Below are positions 51,073 through 64,000 of a stretch of 64,000 nucleotides of DNA, in pieces. Made by a program: the position numbers and the translations under genes. Source of the stretch: Camelus dromedarius (Eukaryota); the NCBI RefSeq assembly GCF_036321535.1, contig NC_087437.1, forward strand, positions 56,050,001-56,114,000, given 5' to 3'. Position 1 is the stretch's first letter. Each line of letters opens with the position of its first letter. Below the pieces are notes generated by a model, which was not told where the DNA came from, ran no database searches, and saw only the letters and a list, made by a program, of their open reading frames with translations.

Positions 51073-51226
51073 GTGGGGGGAGGGTATAGCTCAGTGGTAG
51101 AGCACATGCTTAGCATGCATGAGATCCTGGGTTCAATCCCCAGTACCTCCATCAAAAAAATAAGTAAATAAACCTAATTACTTCCCCCATCCCCCCAAAA
51201 AGCAACAACAAACAACAACAAAAATG
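51073..51226 (+). mobile_element. Vic-1-type SINE
   Basis: tRNA-Ala(AGC)-like head, AT-rich body, (CAA)n tail; 17-bp TSD TATAAAGgTAAgTATAA / TATAAAGcTAAtTATAA. Confidence 0.92.
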
Positions 51227-53260
51227 TATAAAGCTAATTATAAACTTTTATGAAAACACATATAAAGAAGACATTAATTTTTGATAAGGAAGGGGAGTAA
51301 AAAAACCTACAGGGTAGACAGAATATTTGAGATTGGCCACTAGGAAAAGTAGTTTTTACAGAAAATACTGTAGGAAATGGTGTTCAGGAGGGTGGAACAG
51401 CGTGAATGAAAAGGCAGAGAGATACAATATGAAGATATTTTCAATAACAACACTTACTGTGTGATTGGGTCATATGGATTGTAGAAATAAAGGGCTGATA
51501 ATGGGCCTAGAAACTGGGGCTAGTTAGTAAGGAGCCTAGAATGCCATATTAAGAAGTTTGGGGTCCCTAGGTGCATTTCAGTAAAATAATTGTTGGCGAT
51601 ATGGAAAATAGGTTGAATTGATGTTAATCTGGAGGGAGGCTGGTAAGAATACAAGTACCAGCTACCTACCCATCGTGCATTACTAGAGGATGGACAATGT
51701 TTAGATGGAGTCCACTTCTACATCAGTCACTGCAAATATAGCCTCCAGACTTCAGAGGTGAGCAGAAGGTCAGAGCTGGAAGGATCAGCCTGCTCGTGGC
51801 AACCCCACAGAGAAGCCAGTATTGAGACTCAAAATAGCCAAAAAATTAGAGCACAGAGTTACTCTTCACCCAGTGGAGAAAGCTTTCTGTTGACTATTTC
51901 TCATTATAAAGAATAAATAAATATGTTTTGCAAAGCAAAACCAGTTTTCTTGAACGGTTCTACTGTAAACAGGAGCCCTTTGTAACTGCACCCTTAAGAT
52001 TCTGGTGAACCTGCCAAAGGGTGGGTTCTCTTGGCTGGAGTAGTGACACAGATTGGCTCCTTCACAGGAAAATTGAGGATTTGCAATAAACCATCAAGGA
52101 ACCTGAAAAACACTTGTTTGAGTGATATTGGGTCTTGTTGGGGTGACATTCTGGCTGAGACAGAATTTTCTCGTTGGCCCCCCACCCTACTCTCCCCACA
52201 CCTTAGAAAAAGCTCTGTTCTGTATGTCAGAGGACTTTGAGCTCGCCTTTCCAAAACCCTTTCATCTCACGAGTTATTTATAAAGTTGCTTCACCTCTCT
52301 GGATTCCAGGGCCCTCATCTGAAAGTAAATTTCATTTCTCTCCACTAATTACATCTTGGTCTGGGAACACAGAATATGATAACCATATTACTCAGTAGCT
52401 TGGCTCAACTTGCTCATTCAGTGTCCTTCTTCAAATCCCTTCCACTAATAAAAGCGAAGGGAGTGGAATGTTTTTGAGGTGTCTCAAAAGCATTCCTGTG
52501 TGTCTTCTACCCTTTGAGGGGAATTATGATCCAAACATGGTTCCTGAGCTCTGGAGGACTTGGCCCAGAGGAATAGTTCAAGGCCCAACCAGATGAAGAT
52601 GAGTGTAATTCAGCTGATCCCAGAGGGTCTCAGAACTTGGCACCAGGTGGCTCTCCTATCAGTGTGTGGGTGGACTCTCTGGCCTTTTCAGACATTCTGG
52701 AGAACTCCTTTGGGAATGAATTACGTGCTTGGCTCCACCTTGGACCACTTTTATGGTTCTTGCTTCTGTTTTTAATATTTGGCCCAATCAGAGTCTTTTG
52801 CTCTCATGATGAGGTTGAAGTCCTTACCCATTGTACACCTCAGAGTCCTGATAGTGAATTCAAAGCAAGGTTTGAGCTGTTCTTGTAAAGAAGGAATTTG
52901 GAACAGGTAATCTAAAGATCATTTCAAAACCAGTATTCTTATTCTTGCCAAAAGCTTTCAGCTCTGGGCTTGGGAGGTAGAGGGCTGTTTGAAAAAGCTT
53001 TGATAAAATTATTTTACTAGCTGTGAAACTTTGGGCAAATTATTTACCTTCTAGGATCTTCAATTTTTTTATAATTAAAATCAGAAACACAATGCCCACT
53101 TATACAAATTGTTACAGTGGTCACTTGAAGAAGAAGATTCTCTTAGGAGATCTTAGGGGAAAGGAGGTGTTCAGCACAGATTAGTTCATGTTACTCTTCT
53201 ACTCAGCATAATCAACCAACAAAAAAATTCTGTTGCTTCCTAGTAGCAAACTTGAATTTA

Positions 53261-54060
53261 AAATGATAAATGTTGGAGAGGGTGAGGAGAAAAGGGAACC
53301 CTCCTACACTGCTGGTGGGAATGTAGTTTGGTGCAGCCATTATGGAAAACAGCATGGCGATTCCTCAAAAAACTAAAAATAGACTTATCATATGACCCAG
53401 CAATCCCACTCCTGGGCATATGTCCAGAGGGAACTTTAATTTGAAAAGACACATGTACCCCAATATTCACAGCAGCATTGCTTACAATAGCCAAGACATA
53501 AGAAACAACCTAAATGTTCATCTACAGATGGCTGGATAAATAAGTTGCGGTATATTTATATAATGGAATACTACTCAGCCATAAAAAGAATAAAATAATG
53601 CCATTTGTAGAAATATGGATGGACCTGGAGATCATCATTCTAAGTGAAGTAAGCCAGAAAGAGAAAGAAAAATACCATATGATATCACTCATATGTGGAA
53701 TCTTAAAAAAAGAAAAGAAAAGAAAAAAAAGGACACTAATGAATTCATCTACAGAACAGGAACAGACTTGCAGACATAGTAAACATTCTTATGGTTACTT
53801 GGGGAAACAGGGTGGGAAGGGATAAATTTGAGAGTTTGAGATTTACAGATGATAACCACTATATATGAAAATATATTTTAAAAAATGAATTTCTTCTGTA
53901 TAGCACAGGGAACTATATTCAATATCTTATAATAACCTCCAATGAAAAAGAATATGAAAATGAGTGTATGTGTGAATATGCTTGACTGGGACATTATGCT
54001 GTACACCAGAAACTGACACATTGCAACTGACTAGACTTCAATTTAAAAACAAAACCAAAA
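53261..54060 (+). mobile_element. 5'-truncated L1 (ORF2 C-terminus remnant + 3'UTR)
   Basis: CTGGTGGGAATGTAGTTTGGTGCAGCCA...TATGACCCAGCAATCCCACTCCTGGGCATAT; degenerate TSD 53248-53260 / 54057-54069. Confidence 0.93.
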
Positions 54061-55079
54061 TTGCATGTATGTAGGTCAGTTTTTCAGTCTCATTTTTAAG
54101 ATTAAAAATAATGTTACTGTAAGTAGGTTACAGCGGTGAGAATGTGGTAGAAGTGGGAGGCGGGCTGGTGATTCTCCTTTCTCATGTACTGATCTTCACA
54201 ACAGTGGCACCACCTCTGCTGACTGCTGTCATGCCTCAGAAACCAAAGCCTTTCTCTGGGACTTCTTTATACTTCTCTTTCCATAGATCTTTCTGGGTAA
54301 AAGCCAACTTTCTGAAACACAGCTGGAGAAAAACAGCTAAGTATGCTGTGGGCTGACTTTAGATTTACAGCTCACTTTAGATTTACAACACAGACCTCAG
54401 ATGTGACCTCAGGGCTACCGAGCAATCCAGCAACCCCACGTGAATCCATATACCCTTCTTCTCTCTTTAGACACCGAGTTTACGCCTTTTCCCTTATCTG
54501 AGAACCTCTCTTACATCCTTCCTAATTCATAGGACTTTCCTTTTCATATTCACTTGAAAATCAATAAAAGCCATCAAAATAGAGCTTCCACATTCTCCCT
54601 CCAACAAACTTAAGCTGAGCTTCATTAGAATCCGTATTTTGTGCCATCCTTTCTGTTAAAATAATGAGCTGTCTCCATTTCTATTTAAAGTCAGAATTTT
54701 TTCTTGTATACTGACTCCTGTATCCTGTCAAGGACGTTACTCCTACATCATAAATTTTACACTTTTACCAGAGTATTCCTGTCAATGTAAACCTGCTATA
54801 ATATATTTTATCTTAAAACAACAATAACAAACCATTATAGATCCTTATGTTTTCTCCTCTTTAGAAATTAGTCTGTACATGAGCCCTAACCTCTTCCCTC
54901 CCATTTGTTCCTAAACACACTTTAAACAAGAACCCATTCCTCTGCCACCAACAAGGCTCACAAACCAAATCCAGTCATCAATTCTCTGTCTTTATATTGT
55001 TTAACTTAGAAGCAGCCTTTGCAGAGTTATTGTTCCTTTCTGAACACTTCTTTTGGTTTTGAGTACCTTCTCAGATAGA

Positions 55080-56410
55080 CAAAGGTGTTCTAAGTTCATG
55101 AAGGGCATTGTCCCACAGCAGTCACATGTAAACAAAAAGAGACTTTTTTCCAAAAAATTTGCGGATGTGGCTTTTTGGGTAGGCCATGACAGCCAATCAG
55201 TTTCCCAATGGGAAATGTGTAAAGTTTAAGAGAGATGAGCTAAGAAAAGTACCATCAGCTTTGATAAAAAGAGACTGAGAGAGGGTGTGTGGGTATCGCT
55301 CAGTGGTAGAGAATGTATTTAGCATGCATGAGGTCCTGAGTTCAACCCCCAGTACCGCCATTAAAAAGATAAATAAAGTAAATAAATAAACTTAATTACC
55401 CCTAACATTTTTTTTGAAGAGTCTCAGAGAGTCTAAAAGGAAAAGGAAAATGCCTTTGGATCCCTACATTTCTACGGGCAGGCAGTAGGCTGAGAAAAAT
55501 TCTCTGCTACAAACAAGGCCCATTTTTTGATGAAAAGGGAAGATACCTTAGAAGCAGAACTGAGAAAGAAAAACATTGGATCGAAGAACAACTCTAACTG
55601 GCCTGGAAACATTGGATTAGGAAGTTTAATTAAAAAAAAAATCTCTGCTCCCAGAACAGGAGGTTCTGACGTCATGTGCCAGCTGTAGTTCAGAACTGCT
55701 TAGAGCCGGTGATTGCCATGTGCCTCCCTGCCCAGGCCCGTGTTGACTGAGCGCATCTGTAGCCATTTTCTTGGCTTTGTAACTATACTGTTGGATAACT
55801 TCTGTTTTAAATTACTTCCTGGACTGGAGCTTTATCCCCTGCTGACAAGCTTCATCCATATCCCAAACTGGTGCAGATCACAAGGTTTAGCAATTTGAGT
55901 CTAAGAAGGACAGGGTGAAAGCTGAGGTATGATCCAGGGATGGTTGGGTGTAATTTGCATGTGAGAGGGACAGAGATTTTACAGGGATTACTACAATAAC
56001 GGTTCCCACGAGTACTGTCTCCACGTATCTTGCCCTTGTGTTTCCCCTTATTGTATTAACTCTGGACTCCACATGCCTTTCTCGGGCCAGTGAGAAAACA
56101 GCAAATATGAAAAAGCAGAGACCTGAAAGGGCTCACGCACTGGGGCTCACTTCTTGTAATCCTTTACCACGCTGTAAAGAAACCCGCGAGGAATACCAAG
56201 TGGAGAGAGAGGTCAGGCATTGCAGTTATCACAGCTAAGCCTATCCCCCAACCCTCCTGCCAGCTGCATATAACCACGCAAGTGAGCCCAGATGAGATGG
56301 ACACAATAAGCACCCGCGCAATCTACAGAATCTTGAAAACTAATGTCATCATTGTTTTAAGTCACTGTGTTTGGTGGTAGTTTGTTATGCATCAATGGAT
56401 AACTGGAACA
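55080..56410 (+). mobile_element. MaLR internal fragment plus 3' LTR (MLT1G/H-like; LTR ~55980-56410)
   Basis: MLT-int end motif GGGTGTAATTTGCATGTGAGAGGGACA; LTR end TTGTTTTAAGTCACTGTGTTTGGTGGTAGTTTGTTATGCA..AAT.GATAACTGGAACA. Confidence 0.7.
55284..55416 (+). mobile_element. Vic-1-type SINE
   Basis: tRNA-Ala head; 15-bp TSD AAGAGaCTgAGAGAG / AAGAGtCTcAGAGAG. Confidence 0.9.
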
Positions 56411-56699
56411 GTAGACCCCTGGTTTCTAGAGAGCAGCGCTATCTTTATCTGCTAGGACTAAATGTCCAATTTCCCATGCAGTCAAATACTTGACAGAAGT
56501 ATCTTTACCCATTAATTGTCCTTGGGCAGAGTATCAGGCGATGGGGAACAGCAAAATAGTCTTAAGAGAGCTGAAAACAGTTAAGAAAGAGATAACAAAT
56601 GCTAATGCAATATTTGATTTTATTACTATTTACAGTTTAGTTGGCTGTCTTTCCAACACATCCTTATCTGTACACCTCAGGCGATATACGTGTAGCTTG

Positions 56700-56945
56700 G
56701 GAAACAATATAGCATGCTTAGAAGTTAATAACGTACAGTTGGTCTCACATCTGAGTTATCTGGAAAGTTAATTTAAACCTCATTGTGTCTTAGTTTCCCC
56801 ATAGGTAAAGGGAGAAATAATAATAATGCCTCTACTTCATAGGGTTATTGTGAAGATTCATGGAGTTAATATGAATAAAAATCTTTTAAAAAAACGACTG
56901 CCCGGTATGCAGTAAACACTACCTATGCATTGGTTCTAATTATTA
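56700..56945 (+). mobile_element. MIR SINE
   Basis: AGTTTCCCCAT..GTAAA...ATAATAATAATGCCTACTTCATAGGGTTATTGTGAAGATT. Confidence 0.8.
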
Positions 56946-59550
56946 GTGGAGAGATCACAGTCTTCTGATCTTAGCTGTGCTCAGTATGTGATTACCTACT
57001 ACTGAATGGTGTGTATGATGCTGGGCAATGTATTTTAATCTCTTGGAGCAACCTCTGTTTTCTATTCTGTAAAATGTGAATATTTCTTTATGATGTTTTA
57101 CCAAGATAATGAATGTAAAAGCATATATATAAAACCAAAATTTTACATTTATTTTTAAAGTATTTATGGCATAGAGTAGGAATAATGGGTGAAAATTATA
57201 GAAAAAGAATCCTCTAACAAAAAACAGTTCAGATCCAAAGATGGTACAATCTGGTTTGAGATTGTTTGATTCCATTCCAGTAATCCTTCCTTCCTTGATA
57301 TATTCATTTACGACACAGTTGCTGAGTATCTACTCTCTAAAAGGCCAATGCCATTTAGAAAAGCATTCTCTGTCAGTGGAGGTATTCAAGCAGAGGTAAA
57401 GACCCACTTCATACTGAACGTCCATTGGGTCACATAGGAAATTCAATCTTCAGATGACTGGGTGAACTAGATTAGAGGGTCCACAAGCTAGTGATCTCAA
57501 CATAAACTGGATAGTTTTTTTTTTTTTTTTTAAATACAGATTTCTAGCCTGCAGTTCTTGGTTCTACACAATAAGAATCTAGAAAGTAAGGAAGAGAGAT
57601 TGACGAGAGAAGGAAGCAAAAAGTTCCCTACCAAAATTCTAATGCTGACAGTCCACAGACATTGACCAATTTGAAAATGTATTAAAAAGACCTCTTAGTT
57701 CTTTCTAATATAAAATATAATCAACCATTTAAAAGGACAATCATATATAAAACGTATGTTATCATTATTGCTTTTGTAATTTGGACATTTGAGGATGGTG
57801 ATATAGGTCCACCTCAGAATTTTCTGAAGAGAATATCATCATCCAGAGAGTAATAGTACTAATCAGAATGGTAGGAAAAAACACACTCCAGCACCTCCTA
57901 GACCAAATCCAGAGCCCCTGTGCAGTGGTATTAAGTACCTTGCTTAGCAGGTCTAAGTTCGGAGCAAATCCTTTTTTAGAAGCGTAAGTGGTTTTGCTCC
58001 AGTTTCACCCCATGTTGGAGTCAGTCCAAAATGTTGATGACAAAAAGGAAAAAAAGAAAGAGGTAAGGACACATAAATGGATCAGCCTGAACCCAGTTTT
58101 ACTATGAGAAAGAGCATGCAATCTGTGAGCAATGGTCACTAACATCATCATCACTCACAAAAATGGACCAATTATAGATATTTTTATTTTAGGCTTCAAA
58201 GTTTAGAAAGAATTGATAATAAAATGATTGGACTATTTTTTATTGTCATATTAAACACTTTCTGGTTTTCTCATGGCTTATAGGTCAATCTCTTGTTAAT
58301 GCCTAATAAAAATGAAGATACAATGTTCTCTTTTAGAAGCAGAAAATCACATCATTTTGGAACACAGATCACCAGAAAAGGAGGTATTTTAGATTTATCT
58401 GTTTACTTTCCTCATTTAACATGTGTTTTCCCTATGTCCCAGAGAGTTAAGTGATCAAGGGTCATTGGCAGAAATGGAGCTAGAATTTGTCTTCAAATTC
58501 CTGTCTGGTGATTATTTTTGTTAAATAATATCTATGTCAATGAGAAGTCTACACACTTTTTCTAGGCATAAGATTATTTTATATGGATTTCAGAGCAGGC
58601 ATCATAAACATATAAATATCTGTACATTTGTTTTTGATTTGTTGAATGCTAAATCATGTGAGCATCTTGGCCTCTCACTTAGTCGAGAATATCTTTCCAC
58701 TATTTGCGCATTAAATGCTAACAAGTAGATTCCTTTGGAAATTTGGCATTGCTTCCTGAACTAGAATTAAAGAAAGTTTTCTCCTGAAACAACTGGAAAC
58801 ATAGCACGTGTTCTATTCATTGCTTTGCCCTGAAGCCAGCCTCATAATTCATTTTCTGATTTTGTCTGGACAAGCCCAAATTAGCTACTACATGACTAAC
58901 CCAGGCACCCTTTCATAATCAAAATGGGCTGGCAAATGGCAAGAACTTTGGCAAAAGCTGTGTTTCCCTGTGCTCTTATAAACTGCTTACTTTAGAGGAA
59001 AGTGAGAGTTAGATAATTGCTGTTTTTCTAATGAAACTTCTTAGAATAATACAGTGGTAGAATTTATTAGAACAAAAAAGGCTTTTGGGGGATGATTTGC
59101 CTTTCTGCAGAAAGGACCAAGTGTTTGGTTGGTTGTTTCACCCCACCACCCATCAGTCAAATATTGATATTTTTAGAAAGAGAAAATTAAAATGAGCTAA
59201 TAGAAAAAAGATGTGCAAAACAGAGGCCCATGTTTTAACAGATTTATAAAAGAAATAAAGTGGCTGTTGGGATGCTGTGCAATGGTTTTAAATATTTGCT
59301 CTCAATTTCTGTATTCTTCTCATCTCAGCACAGTAATAAAAAATTTGAGAACTGGTGCTAGTCTAAAGGTCCTGCGCTAAAACTGTTCATCTCCTTCACT
59401 TTATACACAGCATCCCTGAGACTCCTGGAGGAGAGCTGACTTACTTAAGACCACAGAGATAATCGGTACCAGAGAAGGGGTCTGATCCCATGATCTTCGA
59501 TGCAGAAGCTAATGCTCTTGGTGATAGTGCACTGCCTACCCTGGTAATGC

Positions 59551-59714
59551 TTTTTTTTTTAACATTGAGTTACAGTCATTTTACAATGTTGTGTCAAATT
59601 CCAGTGCAGAACACAATTGTTCAGTTATACGTGAACATTCATACATTCACTGTCGCATTCTCTTTCGCTGTGAGCCACCACAAGATCCTGTATATATTTC
59701 CCTGTGCTACACAG
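59551..59714 (-). mobile_element. Short L1 3' end
   Basis: T10 tail, TTACAATGTTGTGTCAAATTCCAGTG...TTCCCTGTGCTACACAG; TSD TACCCTgGTAAtgCT / TACCCTaGTAActCT. Confidence 0.88.
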
Positions 59715-61399
59715 TACCCTAGTAACTCTTAATGAGGACATCAGGAAATCTTCAGAGATGCCTGTGCAATTCAGGCTCTGTGCAGGTCACTATCAGAGTT
59801 CAAACTGATTTTTTTTTAAAAAATTCACTTTTATATAAATTCTAAAACACTTAGGAGTTGGGTTCTTTGACATTTCCCTCATAGATGAGAAAGGCTAAGC
59901 TTTTATATCTTTATTTTTCAAAATAAGAGTGTTAGCTTTGTCAAATAATTAAATTGAATGTAACTATTTTAATATTTGACTTTACACAGGAGTTCAAAGC
60001 ATAGCAAGTTCATGTGATTTATGTATTTCTTTTTTCTGGATGCAGAGTGATATTCAAACTGATGACTCTTATTTTTGCCTTCTGAATTAAATCCTCTCTG
60101 AGGAATAGACTGTCTAACTGACCTTGATATTCTTTATAAGTGTCATAAAGGACTCATAGAAAAAGATTTTTTAAAAACCCCCAAAACAAAAAAGAAAAAC
60201 TCCACAGATAAATCTGCCTGCTGAAAATGTATAAACTCTTAGACTACCTAGAAAATTTCCTAGTTCTTAAGTTTTATTTTAGTCTACATGTTATTGATTG
60301 TTAGATGAGCACAATTAAGAAGTTAATAATATTACAGAGATTTTAGTATATGTTCATAAAATTACACATGGTATAAATATTCAGTCAGTTTCTAACCTCA
60401 ACTGGTCAGTATATTCATGATCCAAATGTTGATTTCTAGATAGGACTTTTATAACTTTTAATTTCCCAGAGGGAAAAAATCTATAAGTGATTTCAAAGTG
60501 CTCCAGCATTTAAGTAGATTTACTTTGTATATAACGTTCCTGGATTACAATACTTTCCTAATAGAATGATAGAAACTTACAGTTATGTTTAGCTATGTGT
60601 TAATTTTTTAAAGTGTACAGAATCCCAGGGAAGCAAGAATGAACCTGACTCATCCTTAATTATACCATGGACCACTTCACTCTAACAGCCAATACCTTCC
60701 CATTAAAGAAGGATGGATTCTCCTCCAGTTCCACTTATCATCTTGAAGGCTGTCGAGGGCAAAGAGACAGACATCTTAGCCAGGCACCCAGGGGCTTGAA
60801 CTACTTACTTCCAATTAGCTGTGGTTATTCAACAATTGTTCAGAGGCCTGTTTAGTCCCAAAAGCTGTGCTCAGAAACATTATAAAAGCATACTTGGACA
60901 TAATGGGATTGACATGAAATAATTTCAAGTCATCTATCTCTTAGTAATTTTGAATACATAAGAGTCAATAAAACACTGGGAGGAAAAGTGGCCCACAGGG
61001 AAAAGTCAGGATGGTGAACAGTAAAAAGCTGCTGAAGAGCTTAGCGAAATTCACAGATAGAATAAAAATCTTTCACAAAATCCCAGTTGATTAACCTAGC
61101 TTTGTTGGTTTCGCAGGAGCTTCTTGTTATTGCCGTCCTCCTTCCCCATAATAAGGGATGAAATCAACTTTTCCATAGACTGAAGCAGATTTACCATGGA
61201 GCTAATGAGGGGAAAATGTCTGCAGACTCTTCCTGAGGCCTGGGAGGAGCCCTTGCATTGTAACTCTGTGGTGTTATATTGTTGTAAAGTTTACAAATTT
61301 CTCCTTTCACTCCAACTTCCTTCTGTCACACTTCCATTCATGAAGTGTGGCCTTGAAGGGGCCACAGGGAAGTTGAGTTGGAGACACATTTATTTTGAG

Positions 61400-61925
61400 C
61401 TCAGTGGAATATATATACATGGCACGGAAATACTTAAGTTAAGAGATTTCAGTTCTACCGACCAGTAGCAATGAGCACACCTAGCACATAGATCTTGGTC
61501 TCAAATACCATATCCACTAACAGGAGTTGGGACTGCGGAAGTTATGGATGGTACCAGTGTCGGGGCATGTCAGAGTGATCCTGCTGAAGAACTTGTAAGT
61601 CCAGAGAGTAAAAGTACTCAAAAAAGTATAGGGGACATAAGAACTAGCTCAAAGGGGCTCCCAGGGAGTGTGGACAATGTGATGACCAAAATAATTAAAT
61701 ACAGGAATTAATTATAAACCATTGAATAACTGTGAGTTCATGAGTCCACATACTAAACAAGCACATAAGCAATCAGAGGAAAAAAGAAAAAATATGAAAA
61801 AAATAAAATAGAGTAAAATATTAGCAATAGGGGAGTTCTGGTAAAGGGGATATACAGTTGCTCTTTTACCGCTTTTATTTTTGAAACTTTCTTGTAGATT
61901 TAAAGCCATTTCAAAATTAAAAGCT
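61400..61925 (+). mobile_element. Old L1MC/MD-type 3' region
   Basis: CAGTAGCAATGAGCACACCTAGCAC..AGATCTTGGT...AAAGGGGCTCCCA; terminus GAAACTTTCTTGTAG.TTTAAA..ATTTCAAAAT. Confidence 0.7.
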
Positions 61926-62833
61926 TTTCTAAAAAGTAGGCTAATGCTAACACTCCCCTAGAATACTTTTCAGAGCAGTCCTACAACCACCGAGCCCACC
62001 CATCCAGCAGCGTGACATGAAGATGCAGGGCCAGAGGTTATATTGTCAGGAAAATGCATCCCGGAGCACCCAACAGATGAAATGCAGAGCAGCAGAAGGC
62101 AAAGCAGTCTTCGGAATGCATTGATCTAGGACACAATGAGAAGGAAATTCTTCCAGACATCAGATGTGTAAACTATAAACATACATTTGGGACAAAATGA
62201 CAAAAAAGTGAAACAGTAGTTTTCCACACACTGAACATAAGGTAACAAAGAGAAGAAATCACTGAGAAGCCAATGAGCACTGCAGTTGCCCTGTCTTACT
62301 GCCTTGAGAGAGTTCCTAGGCTGAGGCACAGGAGAAGCTCACAGACTCAATGACTGAGGAGGCCAGTCTGAAAGCCTGGGAAGATACAGGCACCAGTGTT
62401 CACGTGGCAGAGTGCCGGAGAGCTGACTGCCATACACAGAGATAACTCCAGAAATCTGCAGTCTTCCTCAGGTATGAAGTAATTAGCAGCAACAGTGCTT
62501 GGAGCTCACAGATGGCCAAGAAGAATGCCTCTTCCCACACAACCAGACAAGAAAAACTCCTAATTTATGGAGCATTTGGATAGAGAACTCAGAACAAGGG
62601 TGTTGTCTTAGTAGTAGGATAAAATTAGCCCTAGGATAAATACTATTCTGTACAATCTTAGAAAAGCTTAAAAGCAAGGCTTAAGAGGATCAGATGGTTT
62701 CCAAGTAACTTAACATCATGCCAGAGAAAAGATAAAAAATCTTTATAAGAATACAAAAATATTCAGTAGTGTATTCATTCCCTAGCTGCCATACAAAGTA
62801 TCAAAAACTGTGTAGCTTAATACAATAGGAATC

Positions 62834-63945
62834 TTTTAAAATTGAAGTATAGTCAGTTTACAGTGTTGTGTCAATTTCTGGTGTACATCAAAGTGTCCCA
62901 GTCATACATATACATACATATAATCATTTTCATATTTTTTTCATTATAGGTTACTACAAGACATTAAATATAGTTCCCTGTGTTATACAGTATAAAATTG
63001 TTGTTTATCTATTTTATATGTAGTAGTTTCTGCAAATCTCAAACTCCCAATTTATCTCTTCCCACTCCCTTCCCCCACTGGTAACCATAAGTTTGTTTTC
63101 TATGTCTGTGAGTCTGTTTATGTTTTGTAAATAAGTTCATTTTGTCTTTTTTTTTTTTTTTAGATTCCACATATATGTGATATATCATATTTTTCTTTCT
63201 CTTTCTGGCTTACTTCACTCAGAATGACAATCTCCAGGTCCATCCATATCGCTGCAGATGGCATTATTTTATTCTTTTTTATGGCTGAGTAGTATTCCAT
63301 TATATAAATATACCACAACTTCTTTATCCAGTATTCTGTTGATGGTTGTTTCCATGTCTTGGCTATTGTAAATAGCACTGCTATGAACATTGGCGTGCAT
63401 GTATCTTTTTGAATTAAAGATCCCTCCAGATATATGCCCAGGAGTGGGATTTCTGGATCATATGGTAAGTCTATTTTTAGTTTTTTGAGGAATCTCCATA
63501 CTGTTTTCCATAATGGCTGCACCAAACTACATTCCCACCAGCAGTGTAGGAGGGTTTCCTTTTCTCTACACCCTCTCCAGCATTTCTCATTTGTGGACTT
63601 TTGAATGATGACCATTCTGACTGGTGTGAGGTGATACTTCATTGTAGTTTTGACTTGCATTTTTCTGATAATTAGTGATATTTGTTCAGCAAAGGAAACC
63701 ACAAGCAAAACAAAAAGACAACCTACAGAATGGGAGAAAATATTTGCAAAAGATGAGAGTGACAAAGGTTTAATTTCCAGAATATATAAACAGCTAATAC
63801 AACTTAATAAAAAAAACCAAAACAGCCCAATCCAAAAATGGGCAGAAGACCTAAACAAGCAATTCTCCAATGAAGACATACAAATAGCCAATAGGCACAT
63901 GAAAAGGTGCTCAATATCACTAATTATCAGAGAAATGCAAATTAA
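62834..63945 (-). mobile_element. 5'-inverted L1 (minus 62834-63684, inverted plus segment ~63681-63945) inside an antisense MLT1 LTR (62770-62835 and 63942-64000)
   Basis: ORF2 C-terminal Cys-rich domain ([18 protein letters not shown]) on minus, orientation switch at 63681-63684, MLT1 halves join up, and TSD-like TTAAtACAAtAGgAAT / TTAAaACAAcAGaAAT. Confidence 0.93.
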
Positions 63946-64000
63946 AACAACAGAAATTTATTGTCTCCCTGTTCTGGAGGCCAGACGTCTGAAATCAAGG

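Noticed and set aside
52638..52655. CTCF-like motifs here and at ~646 and ~29228
   Set aside because: Each has mismatches or an indel in the core and cannot be supported without PWM scoring or ChIP data.
406..55674. Three TGACGTCA palindromes (406, 36153, 55667), two sharing AGGTTCTGACGTCA
   Set aside because: All are far from the TSS and in or near old repeats, and several shared 14-mers are expected by chance in 64 kb.
63160..63900. 246-aa ORF as a gene
   Set aside because: It is a product of the L1 inversion (antisense L1 plus ORF2 tail), with no promoter or splice evidence.
1..64000. CRISPR arrays, operons or other prokaryote-type systems
   Set aside because: The sequence is clearly mammalian; there is no regularly spaced repeat-spacer array or dense coding region.

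Overview
Mammalian genomic DNA, most likely camelid (four tRNA-Ala-derived Vic-1-type SINEs and cetartiodactyl-type L1 3' ends). One real gene is present: the CpG-island promoter and first coding exon of P3H2/LEPREL1 (prolyl 3-hydroxylase 2) on the minus strand (ATG 27964, phase-0 donor after 27491). Positions 1-27490 are intron 1; I found no exon 2. Positions above about 28.2 kb are upstream sequence. The rest is a layered set of transposon fossils: L1, L2, L3/CR1, MIR, MaLR/ERV LTRs, and hAT, Tigger and mariner relics. Almost all ORF-track entries are spurious. I cannot support a new multi-gene system. The best candidates for a second look are: (1) a cryptic or poison exon just inside P3H2 intron 1, with a perfect donor and a (UG)11 tract 46 nt downstream, resembling TDP-43-repressed exons; (2) an extra Cys next to the first CXXXC motif of P3H2; (3) retrotransposon structures, namely a twin-primed L1 with visible primer microhomology, L1s with swapped 3' ends, and a poly(A)-tailed LTR; (4) an old local duplication flanking a mariner relic. 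Repeat subfamily names and comparisons with human come from memory, not database searches, and many repeat boundaries are approximate.
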